From Eledone cirrhosa (lineage: Eukaryota): a stretch of DNA of 64,000 nucleotides. The translations under genes were made by a program, and so were the position numbers. The stretch is from assembly GCA_964016885.1 (NCBI GenBank), contig OZ024744.1, positions 38,440,001 through 38,504,000 of the forward strand, written 5' to 3'. Each line of letters starts with the position of its first letter. Positions within the stretch are counted from its first letter, which is position 1. This document shows positions 13,571-24,946 of the stretch, piece by piece. Below the pieces are notes generated by a model. The model made no database searches and was not told the origin of the DNA. It worked only from the letters and a program-made list of their open reading frames with translations.

Positions 13571-14402
13571 TCTATATATTAATTTCAACAATGTCAGTAT
13601 TCCGTGTGTAATAATTCTCGATTATCATTGGTTCATAGGTTTCAAACGACTCCGCCCACCTCAACGACACCAAACTTAAATTAATATGCATAATGCCAAT
13701 GAGAGAGTGAGAGGGGAGAGTAAGAAACAGAGAGGCAGAGTGAACGCTGTAACTATTACTATGCGTGCGCGTATATTTATGTGTGTGTGCGTGCGTGCAG
13801 CGTTCCACAGAAAGTAAAAGCAATTCGACTTTATCAAACAGTGAACTACAGCGGCGTCGGCGTGCAGCCAGGAATGAAGAAAAACGGCTGAACAGCGCCA
13901 TAGGAACGCCCAACTTCAGAGGCGAAGACGTGCCGCCATGAATTAAGAGGAGCTGGCTGAACAACGCCAACGAATTACTGGAGCCAAGCAGCGACGGCGT
14001 GCTGCGATGGTTGAAGACGAACTGGCTGAGCATCATCTTTTATATTAATTATCTATATCTACATATAATATAAAAGATTGGAACTTCCATCATCTTTTTG
14101 AGAAACGTGGAACAACCACGTCTATGCAATGATACACGTTTTACAGTCAGGCAAAAGATGAACCATCTCCTAGAGGTCACTATTCTAGGTGCTCCCAACT
14201 AGAATTGTTCATATACTATGCACATACGGTACAACGAAGAATCTGGTATATTTGGAAGATTTTTTTTACTGTTTTTTGTATCACACAGACACCACAGACT
14301 CGCCTCATAGTGTAACCAGACAAACATCCAATACAGTCATTTTCTCTTACCTGTCTTCTCTTCTCATCTGTTTACCCGGGCGAAGTTGGGTACGTCAGCT
14401 AG
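13571..14402 (+). mobile_element. Non-autonomous Helitron (internal deletion derivative)
   Basis: 5' A|TCTATATAT; R-rich repeats QRRRRAAM..EELAEQR (13830-14035); Pif1 helicase fragment KIGTSIIFLRNVEQPRLCNDTRFTV..HLLEVTIL (14074-14187); 3' CCCGGGCGAAGTTGGG hairpin then CTAG|T. Confidence 0.82.
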
Positions 14403-14522
14403 TAGTTATAATGGTCGGTTTGTATACTTTGATTTGTTCTTTTAATAAACCGTTCTATCCGTAATTATATATCCCTTATAATTTGAACACATATATTCAA
14501 GTATTTTTCTTCCTTGTGTATT

Positions 14523-14597
<75 letters not shown>

Positions 14598-15127
14598 AGT
14601 GGTGAATCAAAACATCAAATATGTTTAGAATTTTGTGTTATATATATATATATAACTTTATGTATATATTGTTGGTTTTCACTTCAGTTTACTATAAATT
14701 TCCGGTTGGTTGGTTGTTTGGTTCGACAACCAGAAGGTTGTTTATATATTGTCAAAGCTCTTTCGTCACACATTCTGTGACCTCCTCAGTGACTAGGTTT
14801 TTATTTTGTGTTTCTACATTTGGTCTCTCCTACACGACCTTGTTTTTGTGTGTTGTGTGTTGTAGGCTTAGTTTGCGTTACATCCGGGTGTGGTGATAAT
14901 TTATTTACTTATGTGTTAATTTATAATAAATTGAAGTGAAAACAAACAGGTTTTATTGGCAACATGACCCTCCCAAAGTATAACAATACTCTAATCTGTC
15001 CGGGAGATTAATAGTTATTGAAACGATTTGTACATTTTAATTTATTTTTTATCTTGTTCCATAGATTGTATTCGTTATACCAGGGTGGCCTTTCATCCTT
15101 CGTAATTTTAAACACACAATTTACTGT

Positions 15128-15505
<378 letters not shown>

Positions 15506-15607
15506 ATATATATATATAAAGAAGAAATTAAAAGATGGTTAAAAAAGATATATATATATACCACTATGTTTAAATTGCCTTATATATCTCATTATGTTTA
15601 AATTGCC

Positions 15608-15679
15608 TTGTCTGACGAACGAATGCGGACGTTTCTTGAATCCGTCTTATTCGGGAAACCTCTGCTAATGAGGTAATTA
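15608..15679 (+). ncRNA. Candidate type I hammerhead ribozyme
   Basis: CTGACGA, stem II CGAAT..ATTCG, GAAA, stem III CCTC tgctaat GAGG, GUA triplet; stem I is weak. Confidence 0.5.
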
Positions 15680-15765
15680 TATTGTATTGTACATTAAATA
15701 TTTAGCTCTGTAACTTACATAGAGCACTCTTCATTCCTCTGACTTTTTCAACGGAGACTTCAACA

Positions 15766-15818
<53 letters not shown>

Positions 15819-15826
15819 CTGTTGAA

Positions 15827-15886
<60 letters not shown>

Positions 15887-15908
15887 GCATATATATATAT
15901 ATATGTAT

Positions 15909-16060
<152 letters not shown>

Positions 16061-16061
16061 T

Positions 16062-17430
16062 AAGAACAAAAGATGGTTAAAAGAGTTCCATGTATTTTAT
16101 TATGCGCATTTCAAAAACAAATATCATCATGCAATAATATTTGTTTTCATCAGATAAAACATGAAGACATGATATGAAGATTAAAAAACACTTGTGGATA
16201 GTGCAGTTTTAAATCAACATATGAGAAGTAGTTTTAGATTGATGTGTGATATTGGGAAAAATATTTTATTCAGAGGGGGTGGGTGGAAAGGATGAAAAAG
16301 AGGAGGAGATGAGAGTAAAAAGTGGAGAGGGAGGAGTATAATGAGGAAGGATGAGATAGAAGGAGAGATGGGTGATAGAGAGAGAGAGATAGCTTTTATA
16401 ACTGAGAAAGATATATTGTTTTACATAGAGAGGTTGAAAACCGTTGGAAGATAATGAATAAATTAAAAGAATTTGAAAATTAACGAAGAGAAAAATAATG
16501 TAAAGTTAAGGTTTGTATATTGAGGGGTTTGATAATATGTGCGATGAAAAAAGAAAATGTTAATATGTATTGAGAATAATGTTTAAGGGTTTAATAATAT
16601 GTGCGATGTTAAGAAGATGTTGATATGTATTATTAAAAGGAACAACAGGTTATTTAAGTAAGGAAATATTGTGAGATGAATGAGTTAGATGAAAGGGAGA
16701 AAGAATAATGAATTGAGGATGAATAATCTAACGTCAAAAAAATGTATATGTTTACGAAGGATTTTTACAAGGTGATATAGAGTAAGAATGTATTGTAATA
16801 TGTAGTAATTGATTCTATGTTAGGCAAGAGTGAGAAAAGGTACAGATTAGGGGTTAGACATTAAAAGAAGAAGAGAAGAATGAGTAACAAGTATTATAGA
16901 ATGTATAATAACCTTTGAAATAAGGTAGAAAGATGGGTATATTTTTAAAAGAAGTGTATATATATGTGCCTTTGAGAAAAAAATTCTAAATTGATAAAGA
17001 ATTGAATATTAGCTGTATACTTTGTGAAATGTTTTATGGAATTTATGCAAGCAGATAGAAAACAAGTCAGTGCGTCTATTTATTATAGAATCTAAATTAG
17101 AAATAATGGTAAATTTTTCATTTAGGCAGAGATTGCAAATTTTGGATAGAGAACTGTTCAACCTTCTTCCAAAAGATGCTATATTTAATATTTTTGTCTT
17201 TCAAGGACCATATGAGTTCTGAGGAAGCCGTGTTGGTTCTTTTAAGTTTGTATTTAAAAGACGAATGATGGTTATAAAGACGAGCTTTAAAAGAGGTGGA
17301 AGTGGTGCCAAAATAGGTGAAGGAATTGGTGTCAGTTATATATTATGTATACTCCAGTCCTACAAATTGTAGATTGCTTATTATCCGATATCTGCATTGC
17401 TTTATTGTACTACAATAAAACTCACCTCCT
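16062..17430 (-). mobile_element. Penelope-like family 3 3' fragment: decayed GIY-YIG + CT-rich 3' UTR + hammerhead
   Basis: Minus-strand translation at ~17035-17340 gives ..YFGTTSTSFKARLYNHHSSF..ELIWSLKDKNIKYSIFW..CNLCLNEKF..INRRTDLFSICLH (not in the ORF track); flanked by (TA)n. Confidence 0.8.
16095..16159 (-). ncRNA. Type I hammerhead ribozyme, canonical core
   Basis: TTTTAT-CTGATGA-AAACAAATAT..ATATTTGTTT(TT)-GAAA-TGCGCA-TA-ATAAAA; 6-bp stem I and palindromic stem III. Confidence 0.82.
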
Positions 17431-17526
<96 letters not shown>

Positions 17527-17657
17527 GTGAGGTTTTTTTACAAAATGAAAAATAACCGAGGTATCCTACACGAGTGAAAGTATAAAGAAAAAGAGATGAA
17601 ATCGAAAATGCAACTGGAGTCTTATTTTAAAAAAAATATATATATATTTATTTGGTT

Positions 17658-17695
17658 CCTTTACCGGTTTCGCAGTTCTTCTGCTTTTCAAAAGG
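17658..17695 (-). ncRNA. Minimal type I hammerhead with U3-A8 core variant
   Basis: CCTT-TTGAAAA-GCAG aagaa CTGC-GAAA-CCGG-TA-AAGG; all stems pair. Confidence 0.72.
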
Positions 17696-17921
17696 TGAGT
17701 TGAGATGGAGGATCTGTGGTTTTTCTCACATCTGGTTGGTCTCTGAATGTTACTTGTTTTATATGGAAAAAGTGGCTCGAAATGCCAGGTTTTTCGAGAA
17801 GTAATTTGATTGGTTTGTCAATAATTATAATAAATTTCGCGCCAGTTCGCGTTACAATAGTTCTTCAAATAAGAGAGGGGGGGGGGGGGGTTGTCACAGG
17901 TTGTTTTTTCATATATGACTG

Positions 17922-17964
<43 letters not shown>

Positions 17965-17965
<1 letters not shown>

Positions 17966-18065
17966 GCATCTGCTCTCTGAGTTCAAATTCTGTAGAGGTC
18001 AACATTGCATTTTATCCTTTTGAGGTCAATAAAAAAAAAGTACCAGTCTAGTACTGGGGTTGATT
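17965..18065 (+). mobile_element. SINE family 1 fragment
   Basis: CTGAGTTCAAATTC B box followed by a degenerate core and AAGTACCAGT. Confidence 0.6.
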
Positions 18066-18316
18066 TTTCGTCTATATCTCTCTCTTCCTTTTTTGCTGTA
18101 ATCAGGCCGGGAGTGGGACAGACTCCGCCAGGCTTAAAATGCCACCTATACGACTCTATCAAGAGTTTCAGGACCATACATACATATATATATATAATTG
18201 TTCTCGGAATTGATGAATTAACTGTTGTGGAACTACTTTTACCAAACTCGTACCATGGACTGAGTGCTCTACTACTACAGATATAACCCTCCAGTGTTCT
18301 ACTATATATATACTCA

Positions 18317-18462
<146 letters not shown>

Positions 18463-18502
18463 AACACACGTATATATATATGTGTGTATGTATGTATGTA
18501 TG

Positions 18503-18920
18503 TATGACCCCTTAGCCTTTGTCAAGGCAGAATTCTAGGAGAAGGAAAACTCTGATATAACACCTGCAACCCTGATGGTATCCAATGATGTTGACTTGTT
18601 CTTCTTTTTGGTAAATATCATCTTGGTTAAGAGAGTGGGACTGGCTTTGTGCAGTGCCTTTGCTCACTATAAAAGCTTCACGGCACAGGCATTGCTTTGT
18701 ATCTGGAGATCTCTCTGCACTTGTCGTCACATGGTACCATGGGCCCAGCACTATGTCAATAATTGTCACAAGTGTAGTGTTTGTACCAGAGTTTTCAAGT
18801 CGCTGGTTGGACTAAAAAGTCACACTCGTTCAGCGCATCGGTAGGGGTTCTCCTACATGGATATAAAGTAGTGGCCGTACTCGAAAACGAGTTGGCAGCC
18901 ACCATGTATGTATGTATGTA
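18503..18920 (+). mobile_element. Short bipartite RTE-like element (5' UTR-like part joined to 3' C2H2 finger, 3' UTR and (ATGT)n tail)
   Basis: CTAGGAGAAGGAAAACTCTGA resembles RTE 5' UTRs (from memory); HKCSVCTRVFKSLVGLKSHTRSAH followed by stop; (TATG)n on both sides. Confidence 0.5.
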
Positions 18921-19094
18921 TCCCGTAACTTTTGGGGGAGTCATAGGGTTAGGGTTAGGGCTAGATATTGACATTGAGTGTTTCTCTGGAAATTTTTTAA
19001 AAGCCTGGTGGAGCCCATCTCATCAAGTCTGAATACAGCAGATTTATTCCAGTAAAGGATAGAGATACAAAGTGAGAAAATGGAAGAGATATTC

Positions 19095-19281
19095 CAGAGC
19101 TGCCCAACATCTAAAAACCTAAACGGGAGTACCATGGAAATAAAGTGCCCCAAAACCGGGGAAAATGAAGCATAATGGGGAGATTTTACATAATGAAGGC
19201 TATACCCATTTTCACAACGGAAGACCACTCTGAAAGTGGGTGGGAGATCTCCCCGCTGAATGGGGAGAGTTCATATGTCTG
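19095..19281. mobile_element. hAT-like MITE family copy (diverged)
   Basis: Homologous to 35445-35624, 41279-41440 and 41894-42064. Confidence 0.7.
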
Positions 19282-19295
19282 TATATACACATACA

Positions 19296-19480
19296 TAATT
19301 GTTTCTACTTTAGGCACAAGGCCAGCAATTACCCAGTTCATGACTGGTACTTTATTTTATCGACCCCGTAAGGATGAAAGGCAAAGTCAACCTCGGCGGG
19401 ATTTGAACTCAGATCGTAAAGGGACGTAACTATGCTGGAAAGCATGGCGTCCGACCCTCCACTGATACTGCCAATCCACG
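19296..19480 (-). mobile_element. SINE family 1 copy
   Basis: A box TGGCAGTATCAG, B box GTTCAAATCC, conserved core and tail. Confidence 0.85.
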
Positions 19481-19528
19481 ATGATTCTTAGAGTTAAGTG
19501 AGTAAAATATGATTCACAGAGAAAGCCT

Positions 19529-19720
19529 AATAATTGTTTCTACTTTTGGCACAAGGCCAGCAATTACCCAGTGCATTACTGGTACTTTATTTTATCGACC
19601 CCGTAAGGATGAAAGGCAAAGTTAACCTCGGCGGGATTTGAACTCAGAATGGCAAGGGCCGTAACTCTATGCGTCAAAGCATGGTGTCCGACCCTCTACC
19701 GATACTGCCAATCCACCGTC
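19529..19720 (-). mobile_element. SINE family 1 full-length copy
   Basis: GACGGTGGATTGGCAGTATCGG..GAGTTCAAATCCCGCC..CCTTTCATCCTTACGGGGTCGATAAA..GTAGAAACAATTATT. Confidence 0.88.
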
Positions 19721-20204
19721 AACCAAAACATGTCCGTTATGATCCTCAGTTACCTTTAAAGATCAGATTGATTCCAATGTGTGTTGTCAATATCATCCAA
19801 AAATTATCTCAACAGATTATATAACAGTTAACTCCCTTGTTTGATTAATAACGATAAATGGCAGTTTCTATCTACTATTACTCGGAAAATTTCAATTCAT
19901 TATATGACACGTGAGAGTCTACTGACACAGACAAACATATGTTTGTTTGTTATCTCTTTATCTTAATCTCGAGTATATTTTTGGACCGGCCACCTTCCTG
20001 GTGGCAAGGTTATGTATGTATGCATTTATGTATGTATGAATGTGTGTGTATGTGTGTATGTATGTCTTTCCATCTTCCCCCATATCTATCTTTCTCCCTC
20101 CCCATCTCTCTCTTTCTCTCTCTCCCCCTTTCTCTCTCTCTTTCTCTCTCACTATCTATCTATCTTTATATAACTTTCTATCTATCGTCTGCTCTAGATA
20201 GATA

Positions 20205-20999
20205 AATTTCTTTATTAGCCACAAGGGCACAAAAGAAGGGGACAAATACAAATGGGGAATTTACATACAGGTATATGAAAATAAAACTATTAATAAAATA
20301 ACAAATAACAATTGAAATCCCCAATAGGGGGGAGGCGTTACAAAGGGGTTGTACACACCCCGAAAAAATGTACAACCCTCATCTCCAGGAGCACCAAGAG
20401 TGAGTACTCCCTTCCTCTCTTCCTCTTTTTCCTCAACCTACAGGCTTATATAGAGAGAACGCCCAACCACTCGGGCCATCTTTGCCACATTCACCCACCT
20501 TTTATAAAATTTGCTGGGGTACATCACCTCTCTCTCCATCCTGATTATTCTTCCAAAATGATATTTGAAAAAACGAATCAGTTGCTCGCCGGAGAGAAAG
20601 GTGTCTGACCTCAGCCCTTTTAACCTCGTCCACCATATAACTTCTTTTGCCATAGCCATAACACATAGGAAAACCACCTCTCCCTCGTTTTTGAAGGAGG
20701 GTGGCGGTTTGATCATGACAATGGACTCGGTGGTCAACCGGATTGGTCCCACCCGCGATAATAGTCGTTCTACATAGCCCCACAGGTCGGTTACGCCCGG
20801 GAAGTGTACACATGCGTGCGTGACGGTTTCCTCGTCTCGCACGCATCTCGGACAGATCTTTTTCGAAGGGACTCTGCCCGGGCGCCCGTGTCTGTAGAGC
20901 TTGTCTCAAACTCGTAGAGCTCCTCGGTAGCACTGCCAGGCCAAGGACCTTTGGAAGTTGTCCATTGGTCCCGGGCGGAAGGTCCTACCGAACAGACTG
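20205..20999 (-). mobile_element. 5'-truncated L1-Tx1 3' end (ORF2 C-terminal CCHC + 3' UTR)
   Basis: CPRCVRDEETVTHACVHF..KEVIWWTRLKG aligns to the C-terminus of 59504-61933; AATAAA then (TATC)n. Confidence 0.9.
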
Positions 21000-21028
21000 A
21001 TAGATAGATAGGTAGATAAATAGATAGA

Positions 21029-21990
21029 TATATTTCTTTATTTGCCGCAGGGGCACAAAAGATGGGGACAAATACAAATACAAAGTGGGGAGTTTACATA
21101 CAAGCGTATAAAAATAGAACTAATAAATAAATAACAAATAACAATTGAAATCCCCAATAGGGGTGGGGGGGCATTACACATAGGTTGTACACACCCCGAA
21201 AAAAAGTACAACCCTCATCTCCAGGAGCACGAAGAGCGAGGGCTCCTTTCCTCTCTTCCACTTTTTCCTCAACATACAGGTTTATATAGAAGGAAGGCCC
21301 AACCACTCGGGCCATTCTTGCCACATTCACCCACCTTTCGTAAAATTTGCTGGGGTGCAGCTCCTCTCTTTCCACTCTGATTCTTCTTCTAAAGTGATAT
21401 TTGAAGAAGCGAACCAGTTGTTCGCCGGGGAGAAAGGAGTCTGACCTCAGCCATTTCAGCCTCGTCCACCATATAACCTCTTTCACCATAGCCATTACAC
21501 AGAGGAAAACCGCCTCTCCGTTTTTGAAGGAGGGTGGCGGTTTGATCGTAATAATGGACTCGGTGGTCAACCAGATTTGTCCCACCCGCGACAGTAGCCG
21601 TTCTGCGTAGCTCCACAGGTCGGTAACGCCCGGGCAGTGTTCGAATGCGTGCGCGACGGTTTCCTCGTCTCGCACGCATCTCGGACAGATCTTTTTCGAG
21701 GGATCCCTGCCCGGGCGTCCGTGTCTGTAGAGCTTGTCTCAAACGGGTAGAGCTCCTCGGTAGCACTGCCAGGCCAGGGACTTTGGGAAGTTGTCCATTG
21801 GTCCCGGGCGGAATGTCCTACCGAACAGACTGGCCAGTTCGTCTTCTTCTACGCCTAGTGTTTCCCCGAGAGTGTCGTCGCACTTGCTGCGCACCAACCC
21901 TCTATAGAATGACGAGGTGGAGTCTCCACTGATCGCCGGGTCCGCTTGCCTGTGGATTGTGAGCGCCTGAGCACATTCGATGTACCAGTC
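21029..21990 (-). mobile_element. Second 5'-truncated L1-Tx1 3' end with 15-bp TSD
   Basis: Close paralogue of 20205-20999; AGATAAATAGATAGA at 21014-21028 and 21991-22005. Confidence 0.9.
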
Positions 21991-22459
21991 AGATAAATAG
22001 ATAGACAGATAGATAGATATCTTTATAACTATTTATCTACTTCTCTCTTTCTCTCTCTTTCTGTCTCTATGTCTGTCTGTCTCTGTCTCTCTCCCAAAAT
22101 ATCTATCTATCTATCCATTCTATCCCCCCCCTCTCTCTCACTCTCTCTCTCTCTCTATCTATCTATCGTTCTGCTCTAGATAGATAGATAGATAGTTATC
22201 TCTATATCTATCTATCCGTTTTGTCTGTTTATCTATCTGTCTATCTGTTTATCTGCCCAACCTAATTATATGTGTATGTGTGTGTAGCTACAACCTGTGA
22301 CTTGCTATGTTTTATTTATTATATCCCACGCAGATGAGACACCTGAGAAAGCGGTTAATTGAGTGAAATATATGAAGGATTGGAGATGTTAATGAGCTGA
22401 AAATATGTAAATTTTCTCCACCAAATCTAAGATATGTAGCGAACAATGTTTTTTTCTTT

Positions 22460-22499
<40 letters not shown>

Positions 22500-23864
22500 T
22501 CACTCCTTCTTTCTTTCTTTCTTTTATTTTTTCTTTCTTTCTTTCTGTTTAATGACAGTATTATATCATTAAGACTACTTTCAAATATGGGTTTCTCTTG
22601 ATTTAGCAACGAACATCGTATATTTTAATTATTCAACTTAATCTATAAAGAGTTTATAGATTAGATTTGAAATAAATTGATCTCACTACTATAAAAAAAC
22701 AAAATGGATTACTTATCAATTAGATAAACAGAGAATTGAGGGAATCGCTAGAGCGTCGAGATAAATGCACCGTTATTTGCTTCAGCTACCTGCCTTCTGA
22801 GGTCAATTTTACCTTTTAAAATGTAGGGGTCGATAAATAACTTAGCAGTCTAATGGTCGGTGTATTATAGGAATTGTTTAATAGTTTGAGAGGATACTTT
22901 ACGTTATCTGATCCGGTTCTGTGCGTTCTTAGTTCAAAGACCGGTTCCTTCTGCTAAGAGTAGCGGTGTGAATATACAATCAGCAATGCAAACAGTTTCC
23001 TTGGTCCGATCTAACGATTGGTTCCTTTCCGTTTGCTCTTTTTAGTTGATATTTAGCCTCATTCCGATCTATCAGACGTTTGAGTGTTCTGGCATGTTTG
23101 CGTGGTTAAGAAGTATGCTTTGCAATCGTGGGCCCCTGGTTTGGTACCATTGCGTAGTATCCTACCAGACTGATTTTATCATAACTTGGGGTAGACTGAA
23201 GCCTGTGAGTGAAGTTGTTGAGAAGCCTATTGGATGGATATTCTGACACACTCATTCGACATAAGAATTATGCTTAAGGGATGCGTATTTGCAAAATACT
23301 CAACCATTTATATGTTAAATGTACAGTTGATCGAAGAACAGAATGCTCATCATCGAATTCGACATTCCAACTGTGACCATACTGTCTTTATATCTTTTCT
23401 GAGTATAGTGTACGCTGGAATACATTATCCAATATTTCCTTCTGTTTGTCTTTCCTTTTTCGGTTCAACACAGGGGTAATTTGAACCATAATTCTAACAT
23501 AGATTCTCAGAGTGTGTCGGACAGCTTATTATAAGGCATATAATTAGACTACGTACTTATTTCACTTTTTTCGCTGGCATGACATTTTTCATTACGCTAA
23601 TAAATATATGTTCATTCTTGTAGTAATGTCAACAGGGAGGTAGTAAAAACTCTGGTCGGGGCTGTGACGTGAACGCACCTTTCATGGTCTCTGCATGGTA
23701 GCCGATTCCAAGAGAGAAAGAAAAATCAACCCTAGTACTTGAATGGTACTATATTTCATCGATCCTCTATAAATGAAAGCCAAAGTTATCCTCCGTGCAA
23801 CTTCAATTAAGAATACAGTGGTTCCGGACAAATACCAAAAGGCATTATTGAATCTAAAACTAGG

Positions 23865-24075
23865 GCGCTGGATTGGCAGAATCGTTAGGGCATCGGTCAA
23901 ATGCTTAGTAGTGTTTGTCCTGTATGTTTACATTCTAAGATCAAATCCTGTTAAGTTTGACTTTGATCTATCCTAGGGCGATAAAATAAAGTACCAGTCA
24001 AGGAATGAAGTCAATATAATGTATTTTCCCTGTACATAAATTGTTGGCATTGTGACGAAATTAGAAACCACTATT
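23865..24075 (+). mobile_element. SINE family 1 diverged copy (further diverged copies on minus at ~23730-23860 and ~24130-24340)
   Basis: TGGATTGGCAGAATCG A box; GATAAAATAAAGTACCAG core; TTAGAAACCACTATT tail. Confidence 0.65.
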
Positions 24076-24862
24076 ACATCTAAAGCACTACCAATATACT
24101 ATATTGTACATTTTTTTCCATCTACACATGTATTTTACCCAAGAATAACAATTTGTGGGGAAGGGAATGTCAATTATATCGGCTGCAGTATTTTACTGAT
24201 ATTTTACTTTATCGACCCCTTCCCCTAGATGTTGAAAGGCAGAGTTGAGCTCGGCGGGATTTGAACTCAAGACGTAACGATCCGAAACTAAAAACCATAA
24301 AACATGTTGTCCAACTCTCTAATGACTTTGCCAATCCATAGAACTGAAGATAAATAAATAACAATAAATATTGAGTCTAAAGTCCTAACGACTCTGCCAA
24401 TTCATTAATTGTGAGTAAAATGATATAGAAACGATCGAAAAACGTGGTATTTTCTATTATTTACTACTACTCGGAATAGTTATGAAGTTCACTTAGCTAT
24501 CATTATGTAACGGGTTAGAACCCACTATATGACATCTTAGATACATGTTAATTACCATAGCTTAGGATGGACGGATGCCTTGTGAACGAAATTTGATTGA
24601 CGGAAACTGATTAGAAGCCTACCAGACAGACTGCAACTGTAATTCAAAGAACCCATTTTGTAATATAGTGTCTCCCGCTGAATATCTCCTTCATAATTAC
24701 TTTAAGAATAATAGAATGCTCAGACACTTGCACGTTAATTCACGAGCAGAATGTTGTATGTTCCGTTAATCGATCAACTGCAATGCATATCGTCGAATCC
24801 AATTTCTTCTCCAATGTATGAATGAACTGATCATTTAAAGTCAATTCTTACTTTCTCTCGCC

Positions 24863-24946
<84 letters not shown>

